A stretch of 64,000 bases of DNA, taken from positions 152,404 through 216,403 of the forward strand of contig CAIJMI010000004.1 in assembly GCA_903821745.1 (NCBI GenBank). The letters are read 5' to 3'. Under the pieces are notes generated by a model that ran no database searches, had not been told where the DNA came from, and saw nothing but the letters and a program-made list of their open reading frames with translations. This DNA comes from Candidatus Gottesmanbacteria bacterium (GTDB lineage Bacteria > Patescibacteriota > Microgenomatia > UBA10105 > UBA927). A program made the position numbers and the translations under genes. Positions 19,373-29,535 of this stretch are shown here, piece after piece (position 1 is the first letter of the stretch; every line of letters starts with the position of its first letter).

Positions 19373-21469
19373 TTAGGGTGCAGGAGTTGGAGTTGGTGTT
19401 GGTAACGCTTGACATCGTCCACCTCTAGGTTCAGTTCCTCGTATAAAATATTCTGGTCTACCAAAATAACAGGGGATGGACACTATGGTTTCACTCCGTT
19501 CAGGAATTTCGTCCTGTTTATCTTTAAGAATTTCAACCATAATATCATGCCAGATCGGCGCTGCACCAGTGATACCGGAGGAAAGGTATGGATTCATTGG
19601 TGTATTGTCATTATTTCCTACCCAAACAGTTGTAACGTACGAAGGAGTATATCCAATGGTCCAATTATCGCGCTTGTCATTGGTTGTACCGGTTTTTACG
19701 GACACTGTTTTTCCTGGAATAACGAGTTCTGAATTCGGTCCAAACGCGTTCGTTCTCGCAACATTATCGCTGAGAATATTTCCCATAATCCAAGAAACAT
19801 CTGGTTTTATTGCCTGTACCCCGAGTTGTGGGGAATTTCGTTCATACACTTTGCCGGTGTAGTCGGTTACTTCCAATATTGGAATGAGATCTTGCCGTAT
19901 GCCGTTATTTGCAAGTGTTCCGAATACTTTTGCCATATCAAGCATCGTGACATCTGCTCCGCCTAGAGTGATGGATAAACCGTAATTGGATGCATCGGCC
20001 CAGGATTCAATTCCCATTGCTTTTCCTTTCGAAAAAATTGCCGTAACGCCGAGTTTTGCTGCAAGTTTTACAGCAGGAATATTATAAGAATTTGCGAGTG
20101 CATAGCGAAGCGGTGTCGCCCCATGAAATTTTCCATCATAGTTAACAGGCATATATGCAGGGTTATTTGGAATGGTATATGAAACAGGTGAGTCATCAAG
20201 AATAGAAGCTGTGGTAAATCCGTTTTCAAGTGCAAGTGCATAGGTAACAACTTTAATGGAGGATCCAGGTTGACGAAGTGCTGTGGTGACATTAACATTG
20301 CCGTCATGTTCATTGTCAAAGTAGTTTTTGCTTCCAACCATTGCAAGGATTTCACCATTTTTAGGATTGGTAACAAGAGCTGCACCATTCCCAACTTGTA
20401 AATTAGAAAGAGCATCAACATTTGAAGTGACGATATCTTGGACTTTTTCTTGAAGCGTCACATCGAGAGATGTGATAACACGAAGACCTCCATGTTCCAC
20501 ACGTCTTGCACCATACCGTTTTTCCAATATGTCCTTAATATACATAACGAAATGCGGAGCACGTATAGAAACGTTTGGTGTAGCAAAATGAATGGTTTCT
20601 GTATATGCTACCTGCGCTTCATCTTTGGTAATATATCCATCTTCCACCATGCGTCGAAGTACTTCTGCCTGGCGGTCAAATGCCTTTTGAGGGTTTGCTC
20701 CAAAAGGAGAATAATCTGTTGGCGCGGCAGGAAGACCGGCAAGTAAGGCAATTTCACCAAGTGATAATTCAGACAGAGGTTTATTAAAGTATGTTTGACT
20801 TGCTGAATCTACGCCCCAAGCTGTACCCCCATATGGGACTTGGTTTAAATACATTTCGAGGATTTCATCTTTTGAATACATACGTTCAGCCCAGTACGCC
20901 AAAATAATTTCTTTAATTTTTCGAGTTATGGAGATTTCCGGCGAAAGGAGTGCTGATTTAATTAGTTGTTGGGTAATCGTGGAACCGCCTTGTATGTGAT
21001 GATTGAATAGTGTTTCTGTTGCAGCTCGGCTTATTCCTTTTAGCGAAAAACCATTGTGTTTATAAAAATCTCTATCTTCGATAGCGATGGTTGCTTGTCG
21101 AAGCCGTTTTGGGATTTGTGCGAGAGGAATGGGTGTTCGGTTTTGGTCTGCATAGATTTCATAGAGAAGCGCCCCATTTCTGTCGAGAATTTTTGTTGAC
21201 ACCTCGAGATCTCTTCTGGAAAGCATGGTTGGATTTGGAAGGCTTCGAAGCCATTGATAAGTGATATACGGAAGAAAAACACAAACAATCGTTATCAGCA
21301 TCCCTAAAAAAAAAGATTTCAAGCTAAAACTTGAAATATCCATTCGGGCACGCGTTAAAATACGGGCAATAGGTGTTTTCATGATGCAAAAAAAATTAGG
21401 AAACAAAGAACAAAGAGAAGAAATAAAGAGTTTAAAAGGATTTTTTTCGGGAGCGTGCAAACGGGCCAT
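19373..21469 (-). CDS. Class A penicillin-binding protein (start may be 21382)
   Basis: EDRDFY.H, GGSTITQQL, RKIKE; SSIK, SYN, KTGT. Confidence 0.95.
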   Translation of the reverse strand: MARLHAPEKNPFKLFISSLCSLFPNFFCIMKTPIARILTRARMDISSFSLKSFFLGMLITIVCVFLPYITYQWLRSLPNPTMLSRRDLEVSTKILDRNGALLYEIYADQNRTPIPLAQIPKRLRQATIAIEDRDFYKHNGFSLKGISRAATETLFNHHIQGGSTITQQLIKSALLSPEISITRKIKEIILAYWAERMYSKDEILEMYLNQVPYGGTAWGVDSASQTYFNKPLSELSLGEIALLAGLPAAPTDYSPFGANPQKAFDRQAEVLRRMVEDGYITKDEAQVAYTETIHFATPNVSIRAPHFVMYIKDILEKRYGARRVEHGGLRVITSLDVTLQEKVQDIVTSNVDALSNLQVGNGAALVTNPKNGEILAMVGSKNYFDNEHDGNVNVTTALRQPGSSIKVVTYALALENGFTTASILDDSPVSYTIPNNPAYMPVNYDGKFHGATPLRYALANSYNIPAVKLAAKLGVTAIFSKGKAMGIESWADASNYGLSITLGGADVTMLDMAKVFGTLANNGIRQDLIPILEVTDYTGKVYERNSPQLGVQAIKPDVSWIMGNILSDNVARTNAFGPNSELVIPGKTVSVKTGTTNDKRDNWTIGYTPSYVTTVWVGNNDNTPMNPYLSSGITGAAPIWHDIMVEILKDKQDEIPERSETIVSIPCYFGRPEYFIRGTEPRGGRCQALPTPTPTPAP

Positions 21470-21534
21470 ATTATTCTTGAGTTATATCATAGGGGCAAAA
21501 AAAAACAAGAAGGTAATTTGAGTATCTTATAATA

Positions 21535-23727
21535 TTATTTTACGAAAACTGCTTTATTATCTGCGTGCTGACAGTCAATGCAATAGGTCGACATGGCATC
21601 TTTCAGTATTTGTTTTTCTTTTACCTCCGTGTTATCTGTAACTCCAGGAGCAGCCAAATCGCCGGTTGTCTTATCAAGAACAACAGCTTGTTTTAAATTT
21701 TCTCGTTCTGTTGGAACAGTACCTTTGATGAAATATTCAAATCGTGTTGCACAGCCTTTATCATCGCCATCTGAGTTTGGAGGAAGAAGCCCGGACGTTG
21801 TACAAATTTGTGCGCCAACAATCCCCTCTGGTTGCTTTGGCCATATATCTGATTTTCCAAGAAGTGCGCGTCGCATGAGTATATTCCAAATGGGCGCTGC
21901 TCCCGTGACCCCTGAAACAAGATAACGATTCATTGGCGAATTATCATTATTTCCAACCCACGTTGCAACGAGCATATTTGGCGTATACCCAATAGTCCAG
22001 TTGTCCCGCAAGTCATCAGTTGTTCCTGTTTTAACGGATACCGTATGTCCGGGGATAATAAGAGAGGAACTTGGGCCGAATGCATCTTGTCTGGCATTGT
22101 TATCAAGAAGAATATGGGAAATCAGAAATGTTGTTTCGGGAGATAAAACACGCGTTCCTTTTAACAAAAGTTGTGATGGGATGTCTTTGTCTAGATTTGG
22201 ATCTGTATATTCATCCAAGATTTTTCCATTTCGGTCTAACACTTTGCGGATAGCAACGAGATCTTTTTTGATGCCGCCGTTTGCAAAGACACCAAATGCT
22301 GTTGCCATATCGACCATTCGAACTTCGCCACCACCAAGAGTGAGGGACAGTCCATAATTATCCGGATTTTGTATCGTACTCAATCCAAATGCACTAGCTG
22401 ATGCAACCATATCCCGAACGGTATTGATATAGAGCATTTTAACAGCAGGAATATTATAGGAATTTCCAAGTGCGAATCGAAGTTGTACAGGTCCATGGAA
22501 TTTCCCGTCATAATTTTTGGGACAATACGCAGCCTGATTGGTAACCCCAAAACAAGTGGGAATATCAAGAAACATTGTTGCAGGAGTGACGAGTTTTCGT
22601 TCGATGCCGATGGCATAATTTATAGGTTTGATTGATGAGCCAGGTTGACGGAGCGCGGTGGTGACGTTAAATCCTCCTGAAGGCGTAGCAAAATAATCAA
22701 CCGATCCCACCATAGAAAGAATTTCTCCTGTAGCAGGATTGGTGATCAGTGCCGCACCATTGGTGACGTGCGTTGTTGCAAGGTCAACGACTTCTGCGGC
22801 AACGGTTGCTTGCGCATATTCCTGGAGATCCGCATCAAGTGTGGTGTAGACTTTTAATCCACCTCGTTCCACCATTTGTTCCCCATATTTTTCAACGAGT
22901 TGTTCTTTTACATACATAACAAAATGTGGGGCTTTAATATTGGTGGGTTTCGTAAAAACAAGTGGTGTGTTTACCGCTGACTCTTGTTGGTCTTTAGAAA
23001 TATATCCATCTTCCATCATTCGTCGAAGAACCTCTTTTTGCCGCTGGATTGCAAGATCAGGATTGTTCCCAAATGGAGAATACAATGTTGGTGCTTGGGG
23101 AAGTCCTGCAAGCAGAGCCGCTTCAGCAAGGGTCAGGTCTTTAACTGATTTCCCAAAATATTTTTCAGAAGCGGTACTTATACCCCATGCGGTCCCTCCA
23201 TAGGGAACTTGATTAAGATACATTTCAAGAATTTTGTCCTTGGAGTACGCGGTTTCTACCCAATAAGATAAAATAATCTCTTTTATTTTTCTGGTGATGG
23301 TCCGTTGCGGAGTTAACAGTGCTGATTTAACCAGTTGTTGGGTAATCGTAGATCCTCCTTGGAGTTGTTTTCCAAGAATAGTAGCTGAAATAGCACGAAG
23401 CATTCCACCAATGGGGTTAATGGCACCATGGTGATAAAAATCTTTGTCTTCAATGGAAATGGTTGCTTCCTGAACGTATTTTGGAATGTCAGAAAGCGGT
23501 ACTAGGGAACGGTTTTGATCAGTAAATATGTCAAATAATAATATGCCATTTCGGTCATAAATTTTGGTTGCAAGAGGAACGTCATACACGCCAAGTTTAG
23601 TTGGTGATGGGAGGTCTTTTAAGATTGTAAAATATCCGACCAAAATAAATGTGAGCGGAAGGAGCCAAAATGCATATGCACGATGGCACCAAAGAGTCCG
23701 GATAAATTTTTTAATCTGTGTCTTCAT
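21535..23727 (-). CDS. Class A penicillin-binding protein, tandem paralog
   Basis: Same motifs; start moved to MKTQ at 23727 just before the TM. Confidence 0.95.
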   Translation of the reverse strand: MKTQIKKFIRTLWCHRAYAFWLLPLTFILVGYFTILKDLPSPTKLGVYDVPLATKIYDRNGILLFDIFTDQNRSLVPLSDIPKYVQEATISIEDKDFYHHGAINPIGGMLRAISATILGKQLQGGSTITQQLVKSALLTPQRTITRKIKEIILSYWVETAYSKDKILEMYLNQVPYGGTAWGISTASEKYFGKSVKDLTLAEAALLAGLPQAPTLYSPFGNNPDLAIQRQKEVLRRMMEDGYISKDQQESAVNTPLVFTKPTNIKAPHFVMYVKEQLVEKYGEQMVERGGLKVYTTLDADLQEYAQATVAAEVVDLATTHVTNGAALITNPATGEILSMVGSVDYFATPSGGFNVTTALRQPGSSIKPINYAIGIERKLVTPATMFLDIPTCFGVTNQAAYCPKNYDGKFHGPVQLRFALGNSYNIPAVKMLYINTVRDMVASASAFGLSTIQNPDNYGLSLTLGGGEVRMVDMATAFGVFANGGIKKDLVAIRKVLDRNGKILDEYTDPNLDKDIPSQLLLKGTRVLSPETTFLISHILLDNNARQDAFGPSSSLIIPGHTVSVKTGTTDDLRDNWTIGYTPNMLVATWVGNNDNSPMNRYLVSGVTGAAPIWNILMRRALLGKSDIWPKQPEGIVGAQICTTSGLLPPNSDGDDKGCATRFEYFIKGTVPTERENLKQAVVLDKTTGDLAAPGVTDNTEVKEKQILKDAMSTYCIDCQHADNKAVFVK

Positions 23728-23754
23728 TGTCTTTCTATTATAATAGAAGAGACA
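23728..23754. promoter_or_regulatory. Palindromic bidirectional -10 region
   Basis: Perfect 16-bp palindrome TTCTATTATAATAGAA (23733-23748) gives TATAAT on both strands between divergent genes. Confidence 0.55.
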
Positions 23755-23765
23755 AAAAAATGTGT

Positions 23766-24392
23766 ATGGATACAGCAATGTGTGTTTCCTCTTGGGCGTT
23801 TCTTCCTGATAAACAGGAAAAACAGACCTATCTTGTTTCAGAATTTCAGTCTGAATTTTTTTCTTTTGTCTATGGCGCATCCTTAAACTATGGATATATT
23901 GCTGCAAAGGTCGCTGCAGATACAACAATATGGGGATATCAAGAAATTCGACGTCGTCAGTGTTATTGGTTGGACAAGAAAAAATTAATGGAACGCATTA
24001 TTCGGACAACAAATATTTCCCTGTGGCAAAAACATAAAGATAAATTGTATCAAAAAGGATTATGGGTAGATGGAGTATGCTGTATTTTAGGAGAAAAAAC
24101 TGCATGGATTGGACTATTTGGTGAAGCAAGTGTTGTAGAAATTCGTAAAAGTGGTGAAGAACGGAGTATGGGAACAATTAATGAAGATGGAGAAAACTCA
24201 AGGAAAAAACTTGGAGCGGATCGATATAGTATTGATATACAAATTGCGTCGTTTCCTTTTGAACAAGGGGATACATTTCTCTTTGCGATTGGAAAAAGTG
24301 CATCATATTCAAATGAATTACTCCATTTACTTTTCCAAGAGAAGGAAATAAATAAAGAGGGAGATGGAGTATTTTTTCTAAAACACATATAG
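23766..24392 (+). CDS. Hypothetical protein, possible degenerate PP2C-like fold
   Basis: G.A..V.IR.G and F..GD.FL patterns without the full catalytic Asp set. Confidence 0.5.
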   Translation: MDTAMCVSSWAFLPDKQEKQTYLVSEFQSEFFSFVYGASLNYGYIAAKVAADTTIWGYQEIRRRQCYWLDKKKLMERIIRTTNISLWQKHKDKLYQKGLWVDGVCCILGEKTAWIGLFGEASVVEIRKSGEERSMGTINEDGENSRKKLGADRYSIDIQIASFPFEQGDTFLFAIGKSASYSNELLHLLFQEKEINKEGDGVFFLKHI

Positions 24393-24402
24393 TAGTAGAT
24401 AT

Positions 24403-25434
24403 ATGACAGCAACAAATACACCTCATCTTCGTCCTATTTCAGAGATTTCTCCAAAAAGCACCGTGCTTCTCAGAATGGATCTGGATGTTCCGATGGAAAA
24501 TGAAAAAGTTGTTGATGCGGATAGACTCATAAAATCTATACCAACAATTCAGGAATTGCTTGAAAAGCAATGTAAAATTATTATTCTTGGTCATATGGGA
24601 AGGCCAAAAGGCATCGACCCAAAATACTCTCTCAAACCGGTATTTACCGAACTGCTTACTCTTTTAAAAACTGACGTTCCCGCAACTTTTGTTGAAGATG
24701 TGGAAAACGAATCGATAATCGAAGCAGCAATCAATGATAATACCTTGGTGTGTTTAGAAAATTTACGGTTTTATAAGGGGGAAGAAACAAATAATCCTCA
24801 ATTTTTGGTAAGTCTTGTTAAAAAAGCTTCCTGGTTTGTTAATGACGCATTTGCCGTTGCGCATCGGCGTCATAGCTCCATTATGCTTTTTCAAAGTATG
24901 CAAACAGCATACGGCATTGCATTTATCGACGAGGTGACAAAAATTATGAAAGTGATTCATGATCCAGGACGTCCATTAACCATTGTACTTGGCGGAGCAA
25001 AAGAAGATAAACTTTCATATCTTGAGGGGCTTGAGAAAATTGCCGACCATATTTTACTCGGTGGAAAATTACCAACATATCTGAAGGATAAAGAACTCCT
25101 ATTGCAACATGCCAAATATTGCATCGCGTCGTTGACAGCAAATACATTTGATATTAATGCCGACGACATTGCAGCATTTACTGCTATTCTTTCGGTGTCA
25201 AAAACGATTGTTTGGGCTGGTGCGATGGGGATGTTTGAAAATCCGGAATATCAAAAAGGAACAGTTGCAATAGCAAAAGCGGTCGTTGCAAGCGGTGCAT
25301 ATACGATACTTGCAGGAGGTGATACAGAAAGTTCAGTTTCAAATCTTGGAGAAGAAAAGAAAATTAATTTAATTGCATCTGGAGGAGGAGTAATGCTCGA
25401 ACTTCTTACCAAAGGAACACTTCCTGCTTGGTGA
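24403..25434 (+). CDS. pgk: Phosphoglycerate kinase (short form)
   Basis: R.DLDVP, GHMGRP, ENLRF, NDAF..AHR, GGAK, GGD, SGGG. Confidence 0.92.
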   Translation: MTATNTPHLRPISEISPKSTVLLRMDLDVPMENEKVVDADRLIKSIPTIQELLEKQCKIIILGHMGRPKGIDPKYSLKPVFTELLTLLKTDVPATFVEDVENESIIEAAINDNTLVCLENLRFYKGEETNNPQFLVSLVKKASWFVNDAFAVAHRRHSSIMLFQSMQTAYGIAFIDEVTKIMKVIHDPGRPLTIVLGGAKEDKLSYLEGLEKIADHILLGGKLPTYLKDKELLLQHAKYCIASLTANTFDINADDIAAFTAILSVSKTIVWAGAMGMFENPEYQKGTVAIAKAVVASGAYTILAGGDTESSVSNLGEEKKINLIASGGGVMLELLTKGTLPAW

Positions 25435-25458
25435 GTTTTAGCGGTATACTAGAAATAT

Positions 25459-26499
25459 ATGAACAAAAAAGTACGCGTTGGTATTAATGGATTTGGAAGA
25501 ATTGGAACAGTGGTGCTTCGAGCAATTTTAAAAGAGCAATATGATGTAGAAGTAGCAGCTATTAATACCCGCGGAAATCTGGACGCAGAAGGGATTGCCA
25601 TGCAGTTCAAGTATGATTCTGTGTATGGCAGAATGCCAATGCATATTGGGTGGCATGAACCAACCAAAGCGTCTGAAATTGGAATTTTGGAAATAGGATC
25701 AACAGAAATTCCACTTCTTGGCCAAGAAGATCCAATAAAAATTGCGTGGGGTGAGTATGGCGTTGATGTCGTACTAGAATGTACGGGAAAATTTACGGAC
25801 GGAAAAGCAATGGGGCATATGCAGGGAGGAGCAAAAAAAGTTATCATTTCTGCTCCTTGTAAAGATGCACATATCCCAACCTATATATTAGGAGTGAATG
25901 AAGATGACTATCACGGAGAAGCCCTTATTTCTAATGGTTCTTGTACAACAAATTGTGTTGCCCCAATTGTGAAGCTCATTGATGAAAAAATCGGATTTCA
26001 GGAAGGAGTATTAACAACGATTCATGCATATACAACAAATCAGAATATTGTGGATGGAACTGGGAAAGACCCGCGACGAGCACGAGCTGGAGCGGTAAAC
26101 ATTGTGCCAACGGCAACAGGAGCAGCAGAGGCAGTCGTTGCTGCATATCCAAAAGTGAAAGGGAGATTTGCAGGATCTGCAATTCGCGTCCCGGTTATCT
26201 GTGGATCCTATTCAGATTTGACATTTAAAATGATTCGAAAAACAACGATTGATGAAGTGAATGCGATTTTTGAAGAAGCATGTATGTCTCCAAAGCTTGT
26301 CGGAAAAATGAAAATTTCCTATGACGCACTCGTATCGTCGGACATCATTGGAGATAACGCATCTTGTGTAGTAGATTCACGAATGACCAAGGTGATATCA
26401 GATGATATGATTTCAATAGGAGCGTGGTATGACAATGAGTATGGATATTCCTGCAGGTTAGTGGAACTTGCTATGTTTATCCATGACTTCAATTCATAA
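25459..26499 (+). CDS. gap: Glyceraldehyde-3-phosphate dehydrogenase
   Basis: INGFGRIG, SNGSCTTNC, WYDNEYGYS. Confidence 0.97.
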   Translation: MNKKVRVGINGFGRIGTVVLRAILKEQYDVEVAAINTRGNLDAEGIAMQFKYDSVYGRMPMHIGWHEPTKASEIGILEIGSTEIPLLGQEDPIKIAWGEYGVDVVLECTGKFTDGKAMGHMQGGAKKVIISAPCKDAHIPTYILGVNEDDYHGEALISNGSCTTNCVAPIVKLIDEKIGFQEGVLTTIHAYTTNQNIVDGTGKDPRRARAGAVNIVPTATGAAEAVVAAYPKVKGRFAGSAIRVPVICGSYSDLTFKMIRKTTIDEVNAIFEEACMSPKLVGKMKISYDALVSSDIIGDNASCVVDSRMTKVISDDMISIGAWYDNEYGYSCRLVELAMFIHDFNS

Positions 26500-27067
26500 A
26501 GTATTTTCTGACAAAGCGAATTTGGTCATCTGTATATCCTAAACTGGAAAGTAGTTCTTGGATCTCGGATTTTGATTTTCCTTCACTTTGCATACTTTTT
26601 GTTATGCTCATGATCATTTCCGTTGGTTCATACGGAAACAAAATCCATTTTGTGGTATTTTGTGCAAAAAAATCCGGTCGAAATGTGGAATGCGGTTTAA
26701 AAAACATCGTCACTACTTTAATACTTGCTGGTTTAAACCGTTTAAGATATTTTGTTGCCCGGATGAGCGTTTTTCCGGAATCCGCAACATCATCAACAAG
26801 AAGCACATGTTTTCCATTAATACGTGTTTTTAGCGGTTCCGTAATAGTCAGCTCTCCCTGAGTCTTAATGTCGGTATAACTTTGAATGGTAAAGGTCGCA
26901 ACAGGAATTCGAAGAAAATCAGATAAAATATGACCAAGCGTTAATCCGCCACGGGATATGGCTACGATCTGGTTCACTTCAGCATTATGTTGCAGAATGG
27001 TTGCAGCAATCTTTCTTGCTAAATCATGATATGTTATCCAGGTAAGGGGAAGGTATTGTATATTCAT
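26489..27067 (-). CDS. Purine phosphoribosyltransferase-like protein
   Basis: SRGG, VLLVDDVADSGKT PRPP motif. Confidence 0.88.
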   Translation of the reverse strand: MNIQYLPLTWITYHDLARKIAATILQHNAEVNQIVAISRGGLTLGHILSDFLRIPVATFTIQSYTDIKTQGELTITEPLKTRINGKHVLLVDDVADSGKTLIRATKYLKRFKPASIKVVTMFFKPHSTFRPDFFAQNTTKWILFPYEPTEMIMSITKSMQSEGKSKSEIQELLSSLGYTDDQIRFVRKYFMN

Positions 27068-27124
27068 ACTCCCAAGTATCTCGCATAGGCTTGACGGTTG
27101 TCAATTGCGTTCTATAATAGTGAC

Positions 27125-27739
27125 ATGAATACCTCAAACAGTTTAGCAAAACTTAAATATTCAAGCATTGCCATTTCCGGTAGGCCGGGAGCGGGAAGAT
27201 CAACACTCCTTAAAAATTTAAAAGGCATCGTGGAGCCTTTGGGTTGGGAAACGTTTTCCGGCGGTGATTGGGCAAGAAAATTTGCAATTGAAACGGGAAA
27301 ACACGACGCAAAAGACCAAACACATCATAAAGCAACGGATTATGGAGATGAAGTTGATCATCAAATCGATGCAGCAATGCGAGAAAAATTAACAAATCCT
27401 GATACACACGTTGCGGTTGAATCCTGGATTGCAGGATGGAATATGCGCAAGCTTCCACATGTGTTAAAAGTATTATTGATGGTTGACGATTCTCTTCGTA
27501 TTGATCGGGTGGTAAACCGCGATAATTTATCAGTTGAAGAAGCAAAGAAACATTTACGGGAACGGGAAGAAGCAAATTTGGAAAAATGGAAACGCATGTA
27601 TGGAGTGACCGATTTTTGGGATCCAAAATATTATGATCTTATTATTAATACGTATTCTCATGGACCGAAAGAAACGCTCGATCTTGTTCTTCAGGCACTC
27701 GGATACTTCAAAGCCAATGGGCAGCCGAAGGAAGGATAA
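27125..27739 (+). CDS. Archaeal-type cytidylate kinase-like P-loop kinase
   Basis: ISGRPGAGRST, YDLIINT; TTGACG and TATAAT upstream. Confidence 0.75.
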   Translation: MNTSNSLAKLKYSSIAISGRPGAGRSTLLKNLKGIVEPLGWETFSGGDWARKFAIETGKHDAKDQTHHKATDYGDEVDHQIDAAMREKLTNPDTHVAVESWIAGWNMRKLPHVLKVLLMVDDSLRIDRVVNRDNLSVEEAKKHLREREEANLEKWKRMYGVTDFWDPKYYDLIINTYSHGPKETLDLVLQALGYFKANGQPKEG

Positions 27740-27742
27740 CAC

Positions 27743-28318
27743 ATGATTCCAACAGTGGCACAAGCAAAAGCACTATGGCAAACATATCATCTGCCAATAA
27801 CTAAACAACACCACAGTTTACTTGTTGCACTTGTTTCCCGCACATTTGCCGTGTACCTTGAACGGTATACAGACATCCGAATACAAAAAGACCTCTTATT
27901 TGTTGGTGCGCTCCTTCATGATATCGATAAAAAAATGCCGAATCTTCCGGGAGAAACGCATCCTGATGTTGTCGTTCGTGTACTGAGTGATCTTGGATAC
28001 AAGGAAGTAGCAGTACTTGTGAAAACACATCCGTTACACGCGATTCTTGATGAGCAAATTGCACCAAAAGAATGGGAGGAAAAATTATTATTCTTGGCAG
28101 ACAAGATGACTAAATATGACGTGATAACTGTTGATGAGCGGTTTAGACTTTGGAATGATGAATATCTTCCTATCAAAGATCAACGGATACTTGACGCAGC
28201 GTATCCAAAAGTAAAACGGTTAGAACAAGAAGTATTTCATCTTGCACACCTTACATCTGAAGAAGTGATAAAAATTGTTAAAAACGATATACTACACCAA
28301 GAGGGGGACATACTATGA
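27743..28318 (+). CDS. HD-domain phosphohydrolase
   Basis: H...V, ALLHDIDK, H, LADK. Confidence 0.85.
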   Translation: MIPTVAQAKALWQTYHLPITKQHHSLLVALVSRTFAVYLERYTDIRIQKDLLFVGALLHDIDKKMPNLPGETHPDVVVRVLSDLGYKEVAVLVKTHPLHAILDEQIAPKEWEEKLLFLADKMTKYDVITVDERFRLWNDEYLPIKDQRILDAAYPKVKRLEQEVFHLAHLTSEEVIKIVKNDILHQEGDIL

Positions 28319-28869
28319 AACAACGAATACTTTTTGTGTGTTCTATTTGTCTATTTCTTTTTGCAGGGTTTTGGCACACGGTCGTTGCAGTAAATAGCCC
28401 CGCAGTAGTGACAGCTTCTATGCCAGTAGTAAAAATTGAATATGCGCTCCCGTATCCTGGTATTCTACCTGATCATCCCTTATATATAGTGAAACGTCTT
28501 CGGGATTATATTTTGGAACGCGTTATTGTGGAACCGGTGCGAAAAGGAGAATTCTATATTCTGCAAGGGGATAAACGATTGCAAATGGGTATGACACTGA
28601 TTGATACGGGAAAGTTTTCCATTGGAGAAAGCACCATTTCCAAAGCAGAAAAATACATGGAACAGTCAGTAACGGTTTTAGTATCCTATCAGGTAACCAA
28701 ATCGATGGTTCCAACAAATATTGCTGATAGACTGAAGATTTCACTTTCGAAACACGAAGAGGTAATTACCGCGATGTTGACAAAAGTGCCAGATGCACAG
28801 AAAAATGGGTTAACAGAATCATTAACACGGGTAAAACAACTTCAAGAAGAAGCAAAAAAGTTACGGTAA
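28315..28869 (+). CDS. Secreted helical protein (DUF5667-like)
   Basis: LPYPGILPDHPLY..KRLRD motif. Confidence 0.7.
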   Translation: MKQRILFVCSICLFLFAGFWHTVVAVNSPAVVTASMPVVKIEYALPYPGILPDHPLYIVKRLRDYILERVIVEPVRKGEFYILQGDKRLQMGMTLIDTGKFSIGESTISKAEKYMEQSVTVLVSYQVTKSMVPTNIADRLKISLSKHEEVITAMLTKVPDAQKNGLTESLTRVKQLQEEAKKLR

Positions 28870-28997
28870 TGCGATAAGGTTCACAGATTGAACACATCAA
28901 AGAGGTTTATCCCCGATATATTCCGTACTATTTCCTCATGGGTATGAGTTTACGGCTAGGAAAAAATATTGACTGGTTCTGATATAGAAAATCTCTC

Positions 28998-29050
28998 TTG
29001 ACCCCCTGTAATTAGTGTTTTACTATCATTGAGTCCACCATATATAGCGT
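28998..29050 (+). promoter_or_regulatory. Sigma70 promoter overlapped by tandem NrdR boxes
   Basis: TTGACC-N17-TACTAT; boxes at 29003-29018 (11/16) and 29035-29050 (13/16) vs acaCtAtATaTaGtgt, 32 bp apart. Confidence 0.8.
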
Positions 29051-29064
29051 TTTGTTTTTCACAT

Positions 29065-29511
29065 ATGAAATGTCCGTATTGCGATTCAAAAGATACTGAA
29101 GTACTTGAGACACGTGATAGCGAAGATCTTACCGTAACCCGTCGTCGTCGTAACTGCCCGAAATGTGAAAAACGGTTCACCACCTATGAACGGGTTGAGC
29201 ACGTTCCAATTACTGTCATTAAAAAAGATAACAGACGGGAAACATTTGACCGGGAAAAGTTAAGTCGCGGTATTTGGCGCGCAAGTGGAAAAACAACACT
29301 GTCAGCTGCCGACGTTGCAAGAGTCGTTGATGAAGTAGAACGGGAAATAATCAGCGGTGATACAAATGAAGTGACAAGTAATACAATAGGAATCCTGGTT
29401 GCAAAACGATTAAAAAAATTAGATAAAATTGCATACATTCGATTTTCGAGCGTATTTAAGCAATTTGTCGATATCGAAGACTTGGCAAAGGAAGTAAAAA
29501 AAATTTCTTAA
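29065..29511 (+). CDS. nrdR: Transcriptional repressor NrdR
   Basis: MKCPYC...TRRRRNC..C.KRFTTYE, ATP cone, AYIRF.SV. Confidence 0.97.
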   Translation: MKCPYCDSKDTEVLETRDSEDLTVTRRRRNCPKCEKRFTTYERVEHVPITVIKKDNRRETFDREKLSRGIWRASGKTTLSAADVARVVDEVEREIISGDTNEVTSNTIGILVAKRLKKLDKIAYIRFSSVFKQFVDIEDLAKEVKKIS

Positions 29512-29535
29512 ATAAATTTAAGGAGGTGTTTCTTT

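Noticed and set aside
23728-23928. Long N-terminal extension of the PBP overlapping the divergent gene
   Set aside because: ATG 23727 sits behind a -10 box and before the TM; the extension is an ORF-calling artefact, as for tsaD, the UbiA-family gene, nrdR and groES
28923-28955. Hairpin CCGTA..CTCAT-GGGT-ATGAG..TACGG upstream of the nrdR promoter
   Set aside because: Short interrupted stems, single copy, no family match; could be chance
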